The translations under genes and the position numbers were made by a program. A model generated the notes under the pieces. The model was not told the DNA's origin. It did no database searches and was given only the letters and a program-made list of their open reading frames with translations. From Prorocentrum cordatum (Eukaryota), in NCBI GenBank assembly GCA_963575745.1, contig CAUYUJ010000213.1, positions 62,001 through 116,768 on the forward strand: a DNA stretch of 54,768 nucleotides, in the 5' to 3' direction. The first letter of the stretch is position 1, and every line of letters begins with the position of its first letter. Shown here in pieces: positions 48,001-54,768 of this stretch.

Positions 48001-51000
48001 GCTGCGAGGAGGCTCTAGATATCCTCCATCATCCGCTCGGGGAGGCGTCGTGGACCTCCTTTCGGGAGCAGGCCGGTCTCCGAGCGCGGGCGCGCCCTCT
48101 GCGGCATTCCCGACTGTCGCCACGATTACGCTGCCAGAGGGGGGCGCAATTTCGGCCGCATCTTCCGCCTCAACAACGAGGCCGCCCCCGGGGCGCTGAT
48201 AGGAGTGAGGGGTTGTAGGGGCGCCCCTGCCTTTGGGTTTGTGATCTGACCGTCTTCTCGCAACCATCGCGCCTGTGGCACACGACCCACCTGCTTCGTC
48301 TGTAGAGCTCTCCAAGTGTACTGCTGCAAGCCGGGGGGGGGGGGGGGGTCGGGTGAAGTGGGGGGGGGGGGGGCGCAAAGGGAGTGGGTACGGAGGGGAA
48401 GAGGGCTGAAGGCGCACGTTCCAGACCCAAAAGAGAAAGAAGAGAGACTAAAACAAGGATTCCACCTAGGCACCAAGAGGCAACAACAGAGCCAAGGCCA
48501 GCACAACAAACCCCCCCAAAAAAAAAAAGAGTACCACCAGAGTTCAGGAAGGGCCACCACCCGAAGAAAAAAGAGCTAGAGGAGTGCAAGGCGTGAACTC
48601 CTGATTCTCTATGCTGCGAGGAGGCTCGAGAAATCCTCCATCATCCGCTCGGGGAAGCGTCGTAGACCTCAATTCGGGAGGAGGCCGGTCTCCGAGCGCA
48701 CGCGCGCCCTCTGCGGCACCCCCACCTGTCGCCACGACGCTGTTGCCGGGGGGGGGGGCGCAATTTCGGCCACATCTTCCGCCTCAACAACAAGACCGCC
48801 CCCGGGACGCTGTAGGAACGCCTGCTTGGTCATTTCTTGGAGAGGAAGGCGCCGGCGCGCTGTGGCTGACGACCGCCTGTTCGGTCCGCGGCACTCCCAG
48901 GGGACTACTGCAGGCCGCACGTTCCAGCGTGAACTCCTGACTATCTATGCTGCGAGGAGGCTCGAGATACCCTCCATCCACCGCTCGGGAAGGCGTGGTG
49001 AACCTGATCTCGGGAGGAGGCCGGTCTCCGACCGCAGGCGCGCCCTCCGCGGAGCCACCGCCTGTCACCGTGACGCTGCTACTAGGAATGGGCGCGCTGT
49101 CGGGGGCATATTGGGCCTCCACCAAGACTCTGTGCCTGGGGCGCTGATAGGAATGAGGAGCTGTAGGAACGCCTGTCTGCCTGTCTCTGACAGAAGGAAG
49201 AACCGACCCGCTGCGGCTGACCACCGCGCGCTCTGTCTGTAACTCCCCCTGGCGACTGATGCAGCTAACGGCCGCTGGTTGGCGACTGTCTTCAGGCGAA
49301 ACGCCACCTCCAGATTTGCAGCAATCGTCAACCTCAGATTTACGATTGTCTTCAAGCGGGTCGGTTCTGCGTCCAGGGAGCGCGCTCGCGACGGCGTCCG
49401 CCGCGCGCCCAGCAGCCCGGGCCAGGGCCGCGACAGCCGTCCAGAGGGAGGCCTGCGCAGCCTTTCCGGCGGCAGCGGCGCAGGCACCAGCGTCGGCGGC
49501 GAAGGCGGCGCGGGGCGCGGGCCGCCGGACACGGACGGCGCCAACTCGCCCGAGGGCGTCGGCTGCGTCCGCGGCCCTGGTCGGTGCGCGCGCGTGGGCC
49601 GCCGCAGCCACGTCGGCCCCCCAGAAGGCGCTGGCGGCGGAGGCCGCGGCGGGGCAGCCATCGCCAGCGGCGCCAGCGGCGTTGGCGGCGCAAACGGCGG
49701 CGGACGCGCCCCAGGGAGAGGACGCCTCCGACGCGTTGGCAGCGCCAACCGCGCTGGCCGCGCGGGCGAGCCCAGGGGGGCGGCCGCCGGCCGCGGCAGC
49801 AGCGCCCAGACGGCGCTGATTCGCAGCACGCCCTTGTCGGCGCCGCCGCGCCGCCGCAGTCTCCATCGCCCGGGGCTGAGCGCCAAACGCGCATGGGGGG
49901 AGCGCGCCGTCTTGACTGCCAGGATTACCAGGGTTGCGACTGAAGGTCGCCCTTTCACTCTTCACCGCCAGGCATCTGCTTGGGGCCCCGCTACTTCCTC
50001 GGCTGAGGGCCGAATTGTTACTCGCACTGTCGCCAGGAAACACGGGATTAATCGGCGAATCCGAAGTGGGATTGATCGGCATGCTGGGGACTGGATCTGT
50101 CTGAGACGCTGGCTGCGCTGCACGGCAACGACCCAGGGGGCAGCTGAAGGCTGCACTTCCAATGGAAGAATCCTCCAGATAGTCGTCAGTCGCCCTGGTC
50201 ACCACGGCTGGAGCCGCCTCGAAATTCTGAGTTCCTGGTCCCCTGGGGCTGGTGCTGCTGCAGCTGCTTCGGCTGCTGTTGCTGCCGCTGCTGCCCTGCC
50301 GGTGCGTCTGCCCGCTGGGGGCGCGTTGGTGCTGCAGCGGCGCGGCCGCGGCGGCGCCAGCCGCGGCGGGCCCAAGCGCGGCAGCGCGGGCCACGGCGGC
50401 CGCGGCGCCGGTCGCGTGGCCCGCGGCCGCAGCGGCGGCCGCCTCCGCCGCGGCCGCGGCGAGCGGCGGCGGGGGCGGCCGCCGCGGCGCCTGGGCGGCC
50501 GCGGGCGGCGCGGCGGCACCTGGGCGCCGAGGCCCGCGGATCAGGGCGCCCAGCGGCGCCCGCGGCGCCGGCGACGCCGCGGAGCCATCGGCCTCGCCGT
50601 GTGGCGCGGACGCCAGCGAAGGGGGGGGGGGGGCGCCCCGGCGCCAGCGCGCCTGGCGGCGCCACAGGCGTCGGCGGCTGGACGCGAGCGGCCACAAGGC
50701 GGCGGCGTGGCGCGGCCGCGGAGCCGACGGCCGCCGCCGGCGCCAAGGGGCCGCAGCGGCGCCGCGGCGCCCGTCGGCGCAGAGGCGGCCGCGGCGGCGC
50801 ACCGCGCGGCCGTTGAGCGGCGCCGCCGCGGCGGCGGCCGCGGCGCAAGCGGTGGGGGGCAGCGCCAGCGTGCACCAGCCGCAGGAGAGGCTGGCGCCGC
50901 GGCGGGCCGCGCAGCCAGGCTGCCAGCAGTGGGCGGCAAGCCTCGCGCGGCCGCGTGCGTGGGCGCGCGGCCGCGCTGTCACAGGGCGCCGCGCGGCGGC

Positions 51001-51282
51001 CCGGCGGCGGCCCCGGCCGAGCAGCCGGCCGCCGCGGCGGGGGCGGCGCAGGCGGCAGCCAAGTGCAGCGGAAGGCCAGGCGGCGGCGCCGCGGCGGCCA
51101 CGGCAGCCGCGCCGGCGGTGCCAGCTCGGCGTGCGGCCGCCGCCCGCCGCTGCTGCCGCCGGCAAGCCGTGCGCGCCGACGGCGACATCAAAGCGGTGCT
51201 TGCGACACAGAGACCCACGGCCGCGCGAGGGCTCACCGTGGGGATCGTGCGAGAAGAAAGAAAGCCTGCTGCAGGCGCGCAC
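45069..51282 (-). pseudogene. Decayed long ORF (probable mobile-element ORF) with 119-aa repeats, cut by the right TIR
   Basis: Collinear ORFs 48784-51282, 47542-48417 and 44992-47022 share the ESQEFTLERAAFSCSSP repeat; the last one reads into the TIR. Confidence 0.4.
45950..49260. repeat. ~357-bp tandem repeat, about 7-8 units
   Basis: Anchor TGCTGCGAGGAGGCTC recurs at ~46307, 46664, 47021, 47647, 47999, 48611, 48947. Confidence 0.9.
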
Positions 51283-51452
51283 GCCTCGGGCCAGCCCCTT
51301 AAGCCAGGGGGGGGGCTACGGACCCGGTGGGGATACGCGAATCGTCAAGAATTTACTGGCAGCGCAAAGGGGAGGGGGACGGAGGGATTAGTATTGCGGG
51401 AGCTTTACAAGCGACAAGAATTGCATGGCGGCAAGAGTCCTCAGCGCCCGCG

Positions 51453-51468
51453 CTTAAGTCAAAACGGC
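51453..51468 (-). promoter_or_regulatory. Possible degenerate SL relic
   Basis: Minus strand GCCGTTTTGACTTAAG; 13/16 to GCCATTTTGGCTCAAG; upstream of the long minus-strand ORF region. Confidence 0.35.
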
Positions 51469-52689
51469 AAATGGTGATGATGATGATGATGACACCGTTC
51501 TTCGGGGCCACATGACTCTTAGGCCTCGCAGGGCGCAGCGGGCTCGTGGGTCTTGTGGAACTCAGAGGGCTGTTCTGGTTTATCGGGATAGTGGGGCCCA
51601 GAAAGCGCATATGGCTCGCACGGCTCAAAAAGCTCGAAAGGGCTTGTAGAACTCGAAGGCATAGCGGGTCATGGAACCCGCAGGGCTCAACAGGTTGACG
51701 GAGCTTGTAAGGCTCATGGGGCTTGTAAGGCTCATAGGCCGCATTGGGCCCTGCAGGGCTTTGAAAACTTACGGGGTTGAGAAGATTCGTAGAGTTCGTC
51801 TTGTAGGGCTCGTGGGGCCCATGAGCCCGCGAAGCTGAAAAAAAACTAAGGTCTGGGGGGGGGGGGGGCTTCTAGGCTCCGGGGGGGTTGCGTGGTTCGC
51901 AGGGCACGTAGCGCTCATGAGGCTCAGAGGTGGCATAGGGCTCAGAGGGCGCACAAGCAAGGTAAGGCTCGCGGGGCTCATGCGGCTCTCCCGGCCCCCG
52001 CGATTCATTGGAGCCATAAGGCTCATATGGCGAATTGGGTTATGCGTCTATACATTTATGTTGATGTACACACATTGCATTCAAGACGTGATTCGCAAAC
52101 GTGATCATCAGAAAAACTCTGGCCCGCGAGTGCCGACACTTCGCCACACATACTCTTTATGACTTGAGCCTCCCAAACCTCCTTCCCAACGTCTTCGCCC
52201 CCCGGCGATCATCGACCCACTGGCGAGCAACAGGACGTGGAGGAGGAGGAGGGGGAGGAGGAGGACACATGGCCTCACAACGCGTGGCGTCAGCCACGAA
52301 TACTGGACCCGAAAGGCTTTTCGTCCCGACTTGTCTCTCAATGCGGCCCCAGGCCCGTATAGCAGGGAAGAACCAGAAGGGCCCCTCCTCCTCTGGCACC
52401 TCTCTCCCTCACGCTGAAGCACGCGGCCGCCCGTCGATCCACAGATCTTCCACCGCGCGCGGGCCCTGGGGGCCAAACGGTCGCGGGTTGGTGGCGCGAG
52501 AGGCCAGCGGATGTGCGCATTCTATGTTGCATTCGCTTCGTCGCTGCACTGATAATGCATTCGTAGGTTGTCGGATTGCCAGGAAGTGATATAGCTATGT
52601 AAGTGTATGAAAATTTGTACATGGCCCCAAATATGTAATATGTGTATATACATATACATATACATATACGATTGGAGATCTTTCCAGTA

Positions 52690-53940
52690 CAATATGTTCA
52701 ATTAATTCAATTTATTGAATTTATTTAATTTATTCATGTGGTTTAATTAAATAAATTAAACAAATTCTATGTATTTAATTTATTTAATTTATTTAATGTA
52801 TTTAATTTATTTTTGTCGGCCTCCCTCGCGGAGATCACGGCAGGCTTCAGGTGCGCCAGAATTTATTTAATGTATGTAATTGCTGCGTTTTCAATAAATT
52901 AAATAATAAAATAACTTAAATAATATATTGGGCCCTGGTGATCGCCAGAATCGCCGCCAGATAGCCCGAAAAAAATAAATCAAATAAATTAAATTAATTA
53001 GATAAATTAAATAAAACAAATAAATAGAGTTTATTGAATTTATCTTTTTTTACAAAAAAATGTGGGTTAATTAAATAAACTAAATAAATTCTATGTATTG
53101 AATTTAATTAATTTATTTATTTTATTTTATGGTTTTTAATTTATTGTTGTCATCCTCCCTGGCGGAGATCACGGCAGGCTTAAGGTGCGCCCGAATATGT
53201 ATAATTTATTTAGTTGCTGCGTTTTGAATGAATTAAATAATTAAATAAACTAAATAATATACTGGGCCCTGGCGATCGCCAGGATCTCCGACAGATAAGC
53301 CGAGAAATAAATTAAATAAATAAAATAAATTAAATAAACTAAGTAAATTAAATGAATGGAATTTATTTAATTTATTTAATTTATTTATGTGTGTTAACTA
53401 AACAAATTAAATAAATTCTATTTATTTAATATATTTAATTTTTTGGGGGGGGGGTAAAAAAAAAAAAAAACAAAAAAAAAAAAAGTTAATGTATTTATTT
53501 GTTTTGCCTCCCTGGCGGAGATCACGGTGGGCTTCAGGCGCGCCCGAATTTATTTAATGTATTTAATTGCTGCGTTTGAAATAAATTAAATAATTAAAAA
53601 CATTAAATAATGTACTGGGCCCTGGCGATCGCCAGGATCTCCGCCAGATAGGCCGATGGATAAATTAAATAAAGTAAATAAATTGAATAAATTACGTAAA
53701 TTAAATACATAGAATTTATTTAATTCATTTAATTCATTTATGTGGGCTCATTTAAAAAATTAAATTAATTCTATTCATTTAATTTATTTAATTTATTTAA
53801 CTTATTTCATTTATTTTCTCGACCTCCCTGGCGGAGATCATGGCGGGCCTCAGGCGCACCCGAACTTATTTAATGCATTTAAGTGCTGAGTTTAAAACCA
53901 ATTAAATAAATTAAATAAACTGAATTAATTAAAAAAAAAT
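52690..53940. repeat. AT-rich tandem array of ~335-bp fold-back units (3.5 copies)
   Basis: GAGATC anchor at 52831, 53165, 53518, 53834; CTGGCGGAGATC pairs with GATCTCCGCCAG within each full unit. Confidence 0.9.
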
Positions 53941-54768
53941 AGGTGCGGTCGTGGCGGTGTCCAGCATTTGAACATGTTATATATGGTTTATTAGTTTTTT
54001 CCCCCCCCAATATTCTCCCGCCGAGGCCGGGGGAATAATCAATCGTAAGTGGTGAGGTAATACCGCGCCGTTTTATGAGTTTTTCTATTCCCTGGGAGTT
54101 TACCTGTTTACTTTCAAATGTTCGAGATAGCCTTTAGGAAGCTTCAATATCCAAATCTTATTCCCCAGATTCCTATTCAGAATCGCACGTCCAATGCCAT
54201 CCATAATCATACGCAGAGCATTTCTCTGAATCCTTCACAAGGTCCCATTGTGTTTTGAAGATAATCTCAATAGAGCTCCCCGATAGCCCTCATTAGGCCA
54301 CGCAAAGACGAGGAGGAGGAGGAGGAAGAGGACGGGGAGGAGGACGGGGAGGAGCAGGCGTTCGCAACCCACGTCTCGGGCTGCACGCTGGCGAGTGGCA
54401 TCGAGGGGGAAGGCGAAAAGAAAGCGTAGCAGGAGGAAGAGGAAGAGAGGGAGGCCCGTTTCGCGTAAGACAATCTCGGAAGCCTGGGCCCGATATGACA
54501 ATGAGCAGTCTCGCCGATGACGTCAACATCATCATTCAGGGTACCAACATGTGTGTTCTCAAATACTTATGGCCCATTTCGCGTGATACATTCTCAACAC
54601 TTTGGGGTCGGATATGTTTTGGTTTGATGCGATTTGGCCGCGGTCGCTTGAGACATCCTCGCAACTTTGAGCTCGCATTTTTTCCGCCAGTACTTAGGAC
54701 AACGTTGCTTTAGTCAGCAGGCCGCCGCAGCTTGTTCATTGAATGTTTGCCCCTCGGTTCCGCCAGTG

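Noticed and set aside
49279..51477. 732-aa + strand ORF
   Set aside because: G/R/A low complexity from very GC-rich decayed DNA
52690..53940. CRISPR-like alternation of conserved islands and spacers
   Set aside because: The intervening sequences are repeats of each other rather than unique spacers; no cas genes; eukaryotic context

Overview
Eukaryotic, GC-rich, repeat-dense genomic DNA with dinoflagellate hallmarks: GC/GA splice donors, genome-encoded spliced-leader (DinoSL) copies and many (GAG)n/(GAT)n/(CAC)n microsatellites. The repeat style resembles Prorocentrum (inference). Most ORFs in the track are shadows of low-complexity DNA. Real content: (1) short exons of a + strand multi-exon membrane-protein gene spread over ~3.2-22.7 kb, with introns full of MITEs and dispersed repeats; (2) a zinc-finger/coiled-coil ORF1/gag-like gene at 33339-35691; (3) the main feature, a 9,235-bp DNA transposon (35834-45068) bounded by perfect 53-bp CCCTG...CAGGG terminal inverted repeats. 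It carries three co-oriented minus-strand genes: a CMC/Plavaka-like DDE transposase split by a 148-bp GC-AG intron, and two unknown accessory ORFs. Each gene is immediately preceded by a genomic copy of the dinoflagellate spliced leader; (4) a minus-strand decayed ORF with a 357-bp coding tandem repeat; (5) an AT-rich array of ~335-bp fold-back units near the end.
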